Origin: Mobula hypostoma
Taxonomy: Eukaryota
DNA length: 64,000 bases
Assembly: GCF_963921235.1 (NCBI RefSeq)
Contig: NC_086097.1
Coordinates: forward strand, 1,488,001-1,552,000
Direction: 5' to 3'
In this document: piece by piece, positions 1 to 12,357 of the stretch
Position numbering within the stretch: position 1 is the stretch's first letter
Layout: every line of letters starts with the position of its first letter
Position numbers and translations under genes: made by a program
The notes under the pieces: generated by a model
What the model was told of the DNA's origin: nothing
The model's database searches: none
Seen by the model: only the letters and a program-made list of their open reading frames with translations

Positions 1-944
1 ATTATTTGCTAGTTTCCTTTCATAGTTAATCTTTTCTCTCTTAATGACCTTCTTGGTTTCCTTTTGTAAGGTTTTAAAAACTTCCCAATCCTCTGTCTTC
101 CCACTAACTTTTGCTTCCTTGTATGCCCTCTCCTTTGCTTTAACTTTGGCTTTGACTTCTCTTGTCAACCACGGTTGCATCCTTTTTCCACTCGAAAATT
201 AATCTTTTTTGGAATATACCTGTCTTGCACATTCCTCATTTTTCGCATAAACTCCAGCCACTGCTGCTCTGCCGTCTTTCCCGCCAGTGTCTCTTTCCAG
301 TCAACTTTGGCCAGTTCCTCTCTCATGCCACTGTAATTTCCTTTACTCCACTGAAACACTGACACATCAGATTTCGGCTTCTCTTTTTCTAATTTCACAG
401 TGAACTCAATCATGTTATGATCACTGCCTCCTAAGGGTTCCTTCACCTCAATCTCTCCAATCACCTCTGGTTCATTACACAATACCCAATCCAGTACAGC
501 CGGTCCCCTAGTGGGCTCAACAACAAGCTGTTCTAAAAAGCCATCTCGCAGACATTCTACAAATTCTCTCTCTTGAGATCCAGTGCCGACCTGATTTTTC
601 CAATCTACTCGCATGTTAAAATCCCCCACAATTATCATAACACTACCCTTCTGACAAGCCTTTTCTATTTCCAGTTGTAATTTGTAGTCCGCATCCCTGC
701 AGCTGTTTGGAGGCCTATAAATAACTGCCATCAGGGTCTTTTTACCCCTGCTATTCCTTAGCTCAACCCATAAAGATTCAACACCTTCCGATCCTATATC
801 ACCTCTTTCTAACGATTTAATATCATTTCTTACCAATAAAGCCACGCCTCGCCCTCTGCCTACCTTCCTATCCTTCCGATACACCGTGTATCCTTGGACG
901 TTCAGCTCCCAGAGACATGCATCCTTTAGCCAGGTCTCAGTCAC
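1..944 (-). mobile_element. CR1 LINE fragment, ORF2 apurinic-type endonuclease region; runs off the window start
   Basis: ORF 165..944 has APE motifs TETWL, GRGVALLV, IYRPP, IVGDFN, LDWVL, SDHN. Confidence 0.9.
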
Positions 945-1019
945 AACCAGAGTTCATCTTATTGTGGTAGGGAACACTTAATAGTCATACTATTTAATAT
1001 TATTGTTATATACTATTAA

Positions 1020-3660
1020 TGCTTTATACTTTATTGTCGCCAAACAATTGGTACTAGAATGTACAATCATTACAGCGATATTTGATTCTGCGCTTCACAC
1101 TCCCTATATTACAGATATTAAATATTAAAAATATTAAATATAGTTAAAATTAGTAAATATTAAACATTTGAATTATAAATCATAAATAGAAAATAGAAAA
1201 ATGAGAAGTAAGGTTAGTGCAAAAAAAAAACCGAGAGGCAGGTCCGGATATTTGGAGGCTACGGTCCAGATCCAGGTCAGGATCCGTTCAGCAGTCTTAT
1301 CACAGTTGGAAAGAAGCTGTTCCCAAATCTGGCTGTATGATTCTTCAAGCTCCTGAACCTTTTCCTGGAGGGAAGAGGGACAAAAAGTGTGTTGGCTGGG
1401 TGGGTCTTGTCCTTGATTATCCTGCAGCACTGCTCCGACAGCGTGCGGTGCAAAGTGAGTCCAAGGATGGAAGATTGGTTTGTGTGATGTGTTGCACCGT
1501 GTTCACGATCTTCTGCAGCTTCTTTTGGTCTTGGACAGGACAACTTCCATACCAGGTTGTGATGCACCCTAGAAGAATGCTTTCTGCAGTGCATCTATAA
1601 AAATTAGTGAGGGTTTTAGGGGACAGGCCAAATTTCCTTAGTTTTCTCAGGAAGTAAAGGCGCTGGTGGGCCTTCTTGGCAGTGGACTCTGCTTGGTTGG
1701 ACCAGGTCAGGTCATTTGTGATATTGACCCCGAGGAACTTAAATCTTTTGACCTGTTCCACTTGCGCACCAGCGATGTAAATTGGGTCGTGCGGTCCGCT
1801 GCTCCTTCTGAAGTCAACAACCAATTCCTTCGTCTTGCTGATGTTGAGGGATAGGTCATTGTCTTCCCACCTTGCCACCAGGTTCTTAATTTCCTCTCTG
1901 TACTCAAACTCATCATTACCCGAGGTACGGCCTACAATTGTTGTGTCATCAACAAACATATATTGAGTTTGATGGAAACCTGGCTACGCAATCATGGGTG
2001 TACAGTGAGTACAGCAGGGGGCTGAGTGCCTTGTGGGGCATCGGTGCTCAGAGTGATTGTAGAGGAGAGCTTGTCCCCTATTTTTACAGCCTGGGTCCTG
2101 TCTGTGAGGAAGTTGAAGATCCAGCTGCAGATCTGAGTGCTAAGGCCCAGGTTCCGGAGCTTAGGAATCAGTTTATTTGGAATGATGGTATTAAAGGCAG
2201 AGCTGTAGTCAATGAAAAGGAGCCTTCCGTATGCGTCTTTATTCTCCAGGAGTTCTAAGGAGGAATGTAGGGCCAGAGAGATGGCATCTGCCGTTGACCT
2301 GTTGCTTTGGTAGGCGAATTGCAAAGCGTCGAGGCTGTGCTTGATGTGTGCCATAACCAATCTCTCGATCTCTTTTCTTGATTTTTATTAATGACCAGGA
2401 TGTGGGGGTAGAAGGGTGGGTTGGCAAGTTTGCAGACGACACAAAGGTTGGTGGTGTTGTAGATAGTGTAGAGGATTGTCAAAGATTGCAGAGAGACATT
2501 GATAGGATGCGGGAGTGGGCTGAGAAGTGGCAGATGGAGTTCAACCCGGAGAAGTGTGAGGTGGTACACTTTGGAAGGACAAACTCCAAGGCAGAGTACA
2601 AAGTAAATGGCAGGATACTTGGTAGTGTGGAGGAGCAGAGGGATCTCGGGGTACATGTCCACAGATCCCTGAAAGTTGCCTCACAGGTGGATAGGGTAGT
2701 TAAGAAAGCTTATGGGGTGTTAGCTTTCGTAAGTCAAGGGATAGAGTTTAAGAGTCGCGATGTAATGATGCAGCTCTATAAAACTCTGGTTAGGCCACAC
2801 TTGGAGTATTGTGTCCAGTTCTGGTCACCTCACTATAGGAAGGATGTGGAAGCATTGGAAAGGGTACAGAGGAGATTTACCAGGATGCTGCCTGGTTTAG
2901 AAAGTATGCATTATGATCAGAGATTAAGGGAGCTAGGGCTTTACTCTTTGGAGAGAAGGAGGATGAGAGGAGACATGATAGAGGTGTGCAAGATAATAAG
3001 AGGAATAGATAGAGTGGATAGCCAGCGCCTCTTCCCCAGGGCACCACTGCTCAATACAAGAGGACACGGCTTTAAGATAAGGGTTGGGAAGTTCAAGGGG
3101 GATATTAGAGGAAGGTTTTTGACTCGGAGAGTGGTTGGTGTGTGGAATGCACTGCCTGAGTCAGTGGTGGAGGCAGATACACTAGTGAAGTTTAAGAGAC
3201 CACTAGACAGGTATATGGAGGAATTTAAGGTGGGGACATATGGGAGGCAGGGTCTGAGGGTCGGCACAACATTGTGGGCCGAAGGGCCTGTACTGTGCTG
3301 TACTATCCTATGTTCTATGTTCGAAGAAATTCATAGCAATTGATGTTAGAGCCACAGGTCGATAGTCATTCAGGCATGCCACCTTGCTCTCCTTTGGCAC
3401 TGGGATTATCGTTGCCTTCTTAAAACACGAGGGGATCTTAGACTGAAGCAAGGAGCAGTGAAGATGTCAGCAAACACTCCAGCTAGCTTGCTTGCACAGG
3501 CCCGGAGAACCCGTCCTGGGACGCCATCTGGGCCCGTCGCCTTCCTTGGATTTATCTTCAGGAAGCCCCTTCTAACGTCCTCCTCGGTGACGATAAATCT
3601 CGATGCCACCAGGTCCGGTTGAACCGGAGGGAGCAGGAAGCTCCTCTCCTGTTCAAATCT
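1020..3660 (-). mobile_element. Rex1/Babar-clade LINE, RT and 3' UTR, decayed and split by a CR1 insertion
   Basis: Minus-strand peptides KATGPDGVPGRVLR (3406-3609), [14 protein letters not shown] (1992-2360), FVDDTTIVG/KTKELVVDFRR/QRLYFLRKL (1417-1959); minus-strand AATAAA near 1030. Confidence 0.85.
2369..3320 (+). mobile_element. 5'-truncated CR1 (RT C-terminal half plus 3' tail) inserted into the Rex element
   Basis: ORF 2378..3343 with FADDTK, RPHLEYCVQFWSP; (TTCTATG)-type tail; TCGA duplicated at 2365-2368 and 3321-3324; the Rex frame rejoins across it. Confidence 0.92.
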
Positions 3661-3754
3661 TGCATAGAATACATTAAGTTATATATTAATGTATTATATA
3701 TGTATTAATGTGTACTATTAAGTATACTATTTAGTTATTTTATATTAAACTAGT

Positions 3755-4120
3755 GGATATGCCCCAGTCCATCACGGGTAAAGTGCTCCCCTCCATTGAG
3801 CACATCTAATGAAACACTGTCGCAGGAAAGCAGCATCCATCGTCGAGGGCCCCACCACCCAGGATGTCCTCTGTTCTTGCTGCTGCCATCAGAAAGAAGG
3901 ACTCACACCACCAGGTTCAGAAACAGTTATTACCCCTCAACAATCAGGTTCTTCAACCAGAGGGGATAACTTCACTCATCCCAGCACTGAACTGTTCCCA
4001 CACCTATACACTTTCAAGGACTCTGCATCTCATGTTCTCAATACGTATTGTTTATTTATTGTTGTTGTTATTTTCTTTCATTTTGTATTTGCACGGTTTG
4101 TTGCCTTTTGCACACTGGTT
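3755..4120 (+). mobile_element. Decayed Rex1/Babar-like 3' end fragment
   Basis: Resembles the Rex C-terminus (CRRKAASIV, ACCACCAGGTTCAGAAACAG encoding TTRFRNS), followed by a T-rich UTR. Confidence 0.6.
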
Positions 4121-4129
4121 GCGTGTGCT

Positions 4130-7100
4130 GATGGTGTGGTCACACCGGGGCCACGGCAGACAGACAGGTAGGTCACAGTCAGGAGGGGGTACGGCAAGAG
4201 AGTATCCCTGTGGCTGTACCCCTTGGCAGTAAGTACTCCTGTTTGAGTACTGTTGGGGGGAACGGCCTACCTGGGGGAAACAACTGTGGTCACACCCCTG
4301 GCACAGAGTCTGGCCCTGTGGCTCAGAAGGGTAGGGAAAGGAAGAGGAAGGCAGTAGTGATAAGGGACTCTATAGTTAGGGGGTCAGACAGGCGATTCTG
4401 TGGACGCAGGAAAGAAACTCAGATGGTAGTTTGCCTCCCAGATGCCAGGGTCCGGGATGTTTTTGGATCGCATCCAAGATATCCTGCAGTGGGAGGGAGA
4501 GCAGCCAGAGGTCGTGGTACATATTGATACCAATGACATAGGTAGCAAAAGGGAAGAGGTCCTGATAACAGACTACAGGGAGTTAGGAAGGAAGTTGAGA
4601 AGCAGGACCTCAAAGGTAGTAATCTCGGGATGACTGCCTGTGCCACACGACAGTGAGTATAGGAATGGAATGAGGTGGAGGATAAATGCGTGGCTGAGGG
4701 ATTGGAGCAGGGGGCAGGGATTCAGATTTCTGGATCTTTGGGACCTCTTTTGGAGCAGGTGTGACCTGTACAAAAAGGACGGGTTGCACTTGAATCCCAG
4801 GGGGACCAATATCCAGGCGGGGAGGTTTGCTAAGGCTACTGGGGAGAGTTTAAACTAGAATTGTTGGGGGGTGGGAACCGAACTGAAGTGACCGGGGAAG
4901 AGGCGGTTGGCTCACAAATAGAGAAAGTTTGGAGACAGTGTGTGAGGGAGGATAGGCAGGTGATAGAGAAGGGACGCGCCCAGACCGAAGGTTTGAGATG
5001 TGTCTATTTTAACACAGGGAGTATTGTGAACAAAGCAGATGAGCTTAGAGCATGGATCAGTACTTGGAGCTATGATCTTGTGGCCATTACAGAGACTTGG
5101 ATGGGTCAGGGACAGGAATGGTTACTACAAGTGCCGGGTTTTAGATGTTTCAGAAAGGACAGGGAGGGAGGCAAAAGAGGTGGGGGTGTGGCACTGTTGA
5201 TCAGAGATAATGTCACGGCTGCAGAAATGATGGATGCTATGGAGGGATTGTCTACAGAGTCTCTGTGGGTGGAGGTTAGGAACAGGAAGGGGTCAATAAC
5301 TTGGCTGGGTGTTTTTTATAGACCACCCAATAGTAACAGGGATATCGAGGAGCAGATAGGGAAACAGATCTTGGAAAGGTGTAATAATAACAGAGTTATC
5401 GTGATGGGAGATTTTAATTTCCCAAATATCGATTGGCATAGCCCTAGAGCAAGGGGTTTAGATGGAGTGGAGTTTGTTAGGTGTGTTCAGGAAGGTTTCT
5501 TGACACAATACAGTATGTAGATAAGCCTACAAGAGGAGAGACTGTACTTGATTTGATATTGGGAAATGAACCTGGTCAGGTGTCAGATCTCTCAGTGGGA
5601 GAGCATTTTGGAGATAGTGATCATAATTCTATCTCCTTTGCAATAGCATTGGAGACAGATAGGAACAGACAAATTAGAAAAGCGTTTAATTGATGTAAGG
5701 GGAATTATGAGGCTAACACGCAGGAAATTGGAAACTTAAATTGGAAACGGATGTTCTCAAGGGAAAGTACGGAAGAAATGTGGCAAATGTTCAGGAGATA
5801 TTTGCGTGGAGTTCTGCATAGGTACATTCCAATGAGACAGGGAAGTCGTGGTAGGGTATAGGAACTGTGCTGTACAAAGGCTGTAATAAATCTAGTCAAG
5901 AAAAGATAAGCTTACAAAAGTTCAGAGAGCTAGGTAATGTTAGAGATCTAGAAGATTATAAGACCATTAGGAAGTAGCTTAAAAAGGAAATTAGGATAGC
6001 CAGAAGGGGCCATGAGAAGGCCTTGGCACGCAAGATTAAGGAAAACCCCAACACATTCTTCAAGTATGTGAAGAGCAAGAGGATACGATGTGAAAGAATA
6101 GGACCTACCAAGTGTGACAGTGGGAGAGTGTGTATGGAACCAGAAGAAATAGCAGAAGTATTTAATGAATACTTTACTTCAGTGTTCACTATGGAAAAGG
6201 ATCTTGGTGATTGTAGTGATGACTTGCAGCACACTGAAAAACATGAGCCTGTAGATATTAAGAAAGAGGATGTGCTGGAGCTTTTGGAAAGCATCTAGAT
6301 GGATAAGTCGCCGGGACCGGATGAGATGTACACCAGGCTACTGTGGGAGGCGAGGGAGGAGATTGCTGAGCCACTGGCGATGATCTTTGCATCATCAATG
6401 GGACAGGAGAGGTTCCCGATGATTGGAGGGTTGCGAATGTTGTTCCTTTATTCAAGAAAGGCAGCAGAGATAGCCCAGGAAATTATAGACCAGTGAGTCT
6501 TACTTCAGTGGTCTGTAAGTTGATGGAGAAGATCCTGAGAGGCAGGATTTATGAACATTTAGAGAGGTATAATATAATTAGGAATAGTCAGCATGGCTTT
6601 GTCAAGGGCAGGTCGTGCCTTACGAGCCTGATTGAATTTTTTGAGGATGTGACTAAACACATTTATGAAGGAAGAGCAGTAGATGTAGTTTATATGAATA
6701 TCAGCAAGGCATTTGATAAGGTACCCCATCGAAGGCTTACTGAGAAAGTAAGGAGGCATGGAATCCAAGGGGACATTGCTTTGTGGATCCAGAACTGGCC
6801 TGCCCACAGAAGGCAAAGAGTGGTTGTAGATGGGTCATATTCTGCATGGAGGTTGGTCACTAGCGGAGTGCCTCAGGGATCTGTTCTGGGACCCTTACTC
6901 TTCGTGATTTTTATAAATGACCTGGATGAGGAAGTGGAGGGATGGGTTAGTAAATTTGCTGATGACACAAAGGTGGGGGTGTTGTGAATAGTGTGGAGGG
7001 CTGTCAGAGGTTACAGTGGGACATTGATAGGATGCAAAACTGGGCTGAGAAGCGACAGGTGGAGTTCTACCCAGATAAGTGTGAAGTGGTTCATTTTAGT

Positions 7101-7868
7101 AGGTCAAATGTGATGGCAGAATATAGTATTAATGGTAAGACTCTTGGCAGTGTGGAGGATCAGAGGGATCTTGGGGTCCGAGTCCATAGGACGCTCAAAC
7201 TGCTACGCAGGTTGACCCTGTGGTTAAGAAGGCGTACGGTGCATTGGCCTTCATTAGTCGTGGAATTGAATTTAGGACCTGAGAGGTAATGTTGCAGCTA
7301 TATAGAACCCTGGTCAGACCCCACTTGGAGTACTGTGCTCAGTTCTGGTCGCCTCACTACAGGAAGGATGTGGAAACTATAGAAAGGGTGCAGAGGAGAT
7401 TTACAAGGATGTTGCCTGGATTGGGAGCATGCCTTATGAAAACAGGTTGAGTGAACTCGGCCTTTTCTCCTTGGAGCGATGGAGGATGAGAGGTGACCTG
7501 GTAGAGGTGTATAAGATGATGAGAGACATTGATCGTGTGGATAGTCAGAGGCTATTTCCCAGGGCTGAAATGCTTGCCACAGGAGGACACAGGTTTAAGG
7601 TGCTGGGGAGTAGGTACAGAGGAGATGTCAGGGGTAAGTTTTTTACTCAGAGAGTGGTGAGTGCGTAGAATGGGCTGCCAGCAACGGTGGTGGATGCGGA
7701 TATGATAGGGTCTTTTAAGAGACTTGTGGATAGGTACAAAGGTACATGGAGCTTAGAAAAATAGAGGACTATGAGTAACCCTTGTAATTTCTGAGGTAGG
7801 GACATGTTCGGCACAACTTTGTGGGTCGAAGAGCCTCTATTGTGCTATAGGTTTTCTATGTTTTTATG
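4130..7868 (+). mobile_element. Near full-length decayed CR1 LINE: ORF1 (SGNH/GDSL esterase) plus ORF2 (APE+RT)
   Basis: ORF1 motifs VIRDSIVRG, VHIDTNDI, DGLHLN, stop at 4858; ORF2 pieces 4861-7668 ([33 protein letters not shown]); TTTCTATG tail near 7855. Confidence 0.93.
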
Positions 7869-8249
7869 CTGTGTGTATTCAAATATAGCACCTTCAGTCT
7901 TTATCAACCTTTTCGATTTTGTCTGCCTTTTAAAATTCAACTCGTCCTGTTGACTGCAATTTTGTCCTATCATCTGCCTGTCTTTCCTCATAGCCCTAGT
8001 ACACACTGCATCTGGTTGTACACCAGCCACCTCATTCTCAGCCCTCTCACTCCATTTCCCATCCTCTTTACTATTATGTCTAACAATTTCAATACTACCT
8101 GTCTGTGTTAATTCCACATCCCTGTACTGCCTGCATATTGAAGTACCTGCGTGTTGGGACGCACAGCACTGTAACTAACAGAGCTATGACCCACTGTCTC
8201 TTTTCACCAATGCTCACTGACCTGCTGTGTATCTCCAACTCTCTCTGTT

Positions 8250-9058
8250 TGGATCTTCTCACATTTATGAACAGCACCTTCCGTCCTGTCTTAGTAGTTC
8301 CCAACCTGACACCATGAACATTAATTTCCAATAACCACTCCCTCTGTCTGCTCTTTGCTTTTCGTTATGTCACCAGGTCCACCTCCCCACCCCCTTCTCC
8401 CTCCCCACCCTGTCATTCTGCTCATCACCCTACACATCCATTGGTTCCTCCTCCCCACCTCCTTCTCCCTCCCCACCCTGTCATGCTGCTCATCACCCTA
8501 CACATCTATTGGTTCCTCCTCCCCACCTCCTTCCCTTCATTCCATGGCCTGTTGTCCCTTATCAAATTCCATTTTATTCAACCCTTTGTCACTTGCACCT
8601 AACAGCTGCCATTATTCAGGTTCAGAATCAGATTTATTGAAACTTACAGTGAAGTGCATTGTTTGTGTTAACAATCCACGTGCCCAAGATGTGCTGGGGC
8701 AACTTTTAATAGTTGCCACTCATTCCGGTGCCAACATATGCCCACCATGTTCAGCAGAACATCACAAGCAACAACAACAACAGCAACGACAACTGCAAAA
8801 CAAACCCCTTTATTTCCCCCACATTCCCCCATTCTCAGCTGCCTATCACCCTCCCCTCACCTGTGTCCACCTGTAGCCCACCATCTCTCCCTCCATGGCT
8901 TACATCATCCCCACCTTCCTGTACTGGGCATCTTCCCTCTTTGTTTCCAGTCCTGATGAAGGGTCTTGACCCATAACATTGACCATCTGTTTTCCTCTAC
9001 AGATGCTTCCTGACCCACTGAGTCACTCCAGCTCTCCCCTTTACTTTCGAGTTCCAGC
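8250..9058 (+). mobile_element. Penelope-like 3' end / pseudo-LTR remnant, with an unrelated insert at about 8620-8810
   Basis: C-rich UTR followed by CAGTCCTGATGAAGGGTCTTGACCC and the ...GATGCT...CTGAGT..CTCCAGC block, also seen after the Penelope ORFs at 18343 and 29261. Confidence 0.6.
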
Positions 9059-9809
9059 AGAGGGGAAATAGTTGGTACAGATGGGTGGGCTGCCTCTGCC
9101 TGTAACTCGGGATTCCCCAGCGTGGGCTCTCAGTAACTGGCCAGTGTACCACTTTGCACCAACAACAAACACTCAAAAGACTGACATGTGCAGATGCACA
9201 GTAATTCTACACTGGGATATTCGCTTTCAGTAGTAACTTACAATGAGGCTGCCCTTTACCATCTGAAATAAATTACTTCTCACTGTCAGTAACATGAAAC
9301 CAGTGGACTCTGCCTCTACTCTGAAACAGATTAGCTCTGTGGTGCTGGTAATCACTTTGCCACTCTGTCCTTTGCCTTCTCCTGCATTAACGCTCAGATA
9401 TTGAAATGGACTATTGTTCACCAGGAGATAGGTCGTTGCTAAGAAAGGCTGTTGTTAAGGCGTACTTAGGTTGAAGATAATTATTTGCTGGCATATCAGG
9501 AAGGTGAATTGAGCTTTTTGTGTTCAGGGTGGGGAGGAGGTGGGCTATCTCATAACCTGCAATTGTTCACTGGCCAAGCTGTAATGACTGTTGAGATAAG
9601 TAGATGACGAAGGGAACAAAGTGCTTCGTGTGTGTTCGGAAAGGCAGTATCAGAGTGACTGGAATTTTTGTTCGGGCTCTCTAAGTCTAGCCAGAGTTCC
9701 TGTGCAAATTTTAAGAATAAACAGGCAATATTTTACCCAGGTTACTGACAGAGTTAGGGGTCAACAACCCTGTGCAGATTCCTTCTTAGACTTGGATGTG
9801 CAAGGATAG

Positions 9810-10165
9810 AAGGCATATGGCATGTTTGCCTTTATCAGTGAAAGTGCTCAGTTTAAATATTGCCTGGATGTTAGCAGATTAGAGGGCACGTGCTATAACT
9901 AGGGGTTGGACAAACTTGGGTTGTTTTCTCTGGAGCGGCAGAGGCTGAGGGGAGATCTGATAGGAGTTTATAAGGTTATGAGAGGCATAAATAGAGTAGT
10001 CAGCTGGCATCCTTCGCCCAGGGTTCAGATGTCCAATTCCAGAGGGCATGTATTTAAGATGAGAGGGGCCAAGTTCCAAGGAGATGTGTGAGGATTGTTT
10101 TTTACAGAGTGGTGGGCCTGGAGTGTACTGCCAAGGGTAGTGATGGAGGCAAATACGAAAGGCAC
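9810..10165 (+). mobile_element. Decayed CR1 3' fragment
   Basis: ORF 9906..10091 LGLFSLERQRLRGDLI. Confidence 0.75.
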
Positions 10166-10944
10166 ATAGGCACAAGAAATTGAACATCATTAAAAACAGG
10201 AACAGAATTAGATCATGCCTCTCAACCCTATTCTTCTGCCCTCCAATAGTCTTTGACGCTCTTACTAATCAAGAACCTCATCAACCTTCACTTTGAATAT
10301 AGTTCAAGTCCAAGTTTAATTGTCTTTCAGCCATACATGAAAACCCATAAATACAGCTAAATGAGCCATGTTCCTCCAGAGCCAAGGTGCAAACCACAAC
10401 ACCGACAGTCATACACAGCACAAGGCACGTCGTAGTAAACATACAGTCACACAAAAAACGTAAATATGGCCCATGTCCCTGAGTGGCAAGTCCTATAATT
10501 TGATGGCGCATGGGTTTTGTCAGCAAGAACAAGCAGTTGTTAGCAGTTTCCAGGTAAATGTATGCAAGCAGTCCAGCTTGCCTGCCACCAGGCAAGCACT
10601 GGAGAGCAGCACTGATGGGATGGTCCAGCCCCCAACCCAGCATGGATGCTGCAACATACTGCCTCCAGTATCTCCCCCCCTGGACTGCTGCAACAGGCAA
10701 GCCCACAGGATGAGGCTTAGTCCTCGCTATAGCTGAGGCTCCTCTGCTGTTGGTCTCGCCAATAAACCCGTGAACCGGACTCGGCAATACAGGTGCAGTA
10801 TTCTACATTACCAATGTCCAACAGGGTCTTGTGATCCCAGATAATCACCTGCTGTTAGAGTGCACATCGACCTCACGCATAGACTCACATGCTTCCCTCT
10901 GTCAGGCAAGTGGTCCTCACCAAATCCAGCTCCTCCGCTATCGA

Positions 10945-11669
10945 GCAATACCCGACGATTGTCCTCCACGGCTGTCTATAGCAATACCCGATGATTGTCC
11001 TCCACGGCTGTCTATAGCAATACCCGATGATTGTCCTCCACGGCTGCCTATAGCAATACCCGATGATTGTCCTCCACGGCTGTCTATAGCAATACCCGAT
11101 GATTATCCTCCACGGATGTCTATAGCAATACCCGACAATTGTCCTCCTCGGCTGTCTATAGCAATACCCGATGATTGTCCTCCACGGCTGCCTATAGCAA
11201 TACCCGATGATTATCCTCCACGGCTGTCTATAGCAATACCCGATGATTGTCCTCCACGGCTGTCTATAGCAATACCCGATGATTATCCTCCACGGATGTC
11301 TATAGCAATACCCGATGATTATCCTCCACGGATGTCTATAGCAATACCCGACAATTGTCCTCCTCGGCTGTCTATAGCAATACCCGATGATTGTCCTCCA
11401 CGGCTGTCTATAGCAATACCCGACAATTGTCCTCCTCGGCTGTCTATAGCAATACCCGATGATTGTCCTCCACGGCTGTCTATAGCAATACCCGATGATT
11501 GTCCTCCACGGATGTCTATAGCAATACCCGATGATTGTCCTCCACGGCTGTCTATAGCAATACCCGATGATTGTCCTCCACGGCTGTCTATAGCAATACC
11601 CGATGATTGTCCTCCACGGCTGTCTATAGCAATACCCGATGATTGTCCTCCTCGGCTGTCTATAGCAAT
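10945..11669. repeat. 36-bp minisatellite, 20 full units plus a partial unit (GCAATACCCGATGATTGTCCTCCACGGCTGTCTATA)
   Basis: Direct tandem periodicity; unit 21 begins at 11665. Confidence 0.97.
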
Positions 11670-12357
11670 TGATTCCACAGGTTCACCACCAACTGGCTAA
11701 AGAAATTCCTCATCTGTTCTAAATTGATGTCCTATTCTAAGTCTGTGGCCTCTGGTCCTAGACTCTCCCACTAAAGGAAGCATCCTCTCCTCATCCACTC
11801 TATCTAAGTTTTTCAAGCTGAGAAGAATATGGACATTGTATAGGCAGAAGGGATTAGTTTAGTTAACATAATTAGTTTGGAACATTAGGGTAGGCCGAAA
11901 AGCTTGTTCCTGTGTTGTATTGTTCTATGTTCTGTGAAAGAAGCTGGCAAAAAGAGTAGAAGGATGACTCAATGATAGCAATTGCTCTCCCCAGCAGAGG
12001 TTTTCTGCAGCTGTACAACTAGAGGACTCCATCCCGCTGTAGAGTCATAGAGCACAACACCACAGAGAGAAGCAATTTGGCCCATCTAGTCTGTGATAGC
12101 AAGTTCCCAACTCAGTGCATCTGGACCACAGCCCTGCAGAATCAGGTTTGATATCACTGGCATATGTCCTGAAATTTGTTGTTTTGTGGCAGCAGTACAT
12201 TGCAATACCCCTCCCATCCACGTATGTGTCCAAACTTCTCTTAATTGTTACACTTGAACCTGTATCCACCATTTTGACTTCCATGCTCGCACCTCCCTTT
12301 GAATGAAGACGTTCTCCCCCAGGTTTCCTTATATATTTCACTTTTGCATCAAACTTA

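Noticed and set aside
10831..11700. 289-aa repeat protein (AIPDDCPPRLSI)n
   Set aside because: The open frame follows from a 36-bp unit without a stop; it has a GTG start, lies among TE debris and shows no gene context
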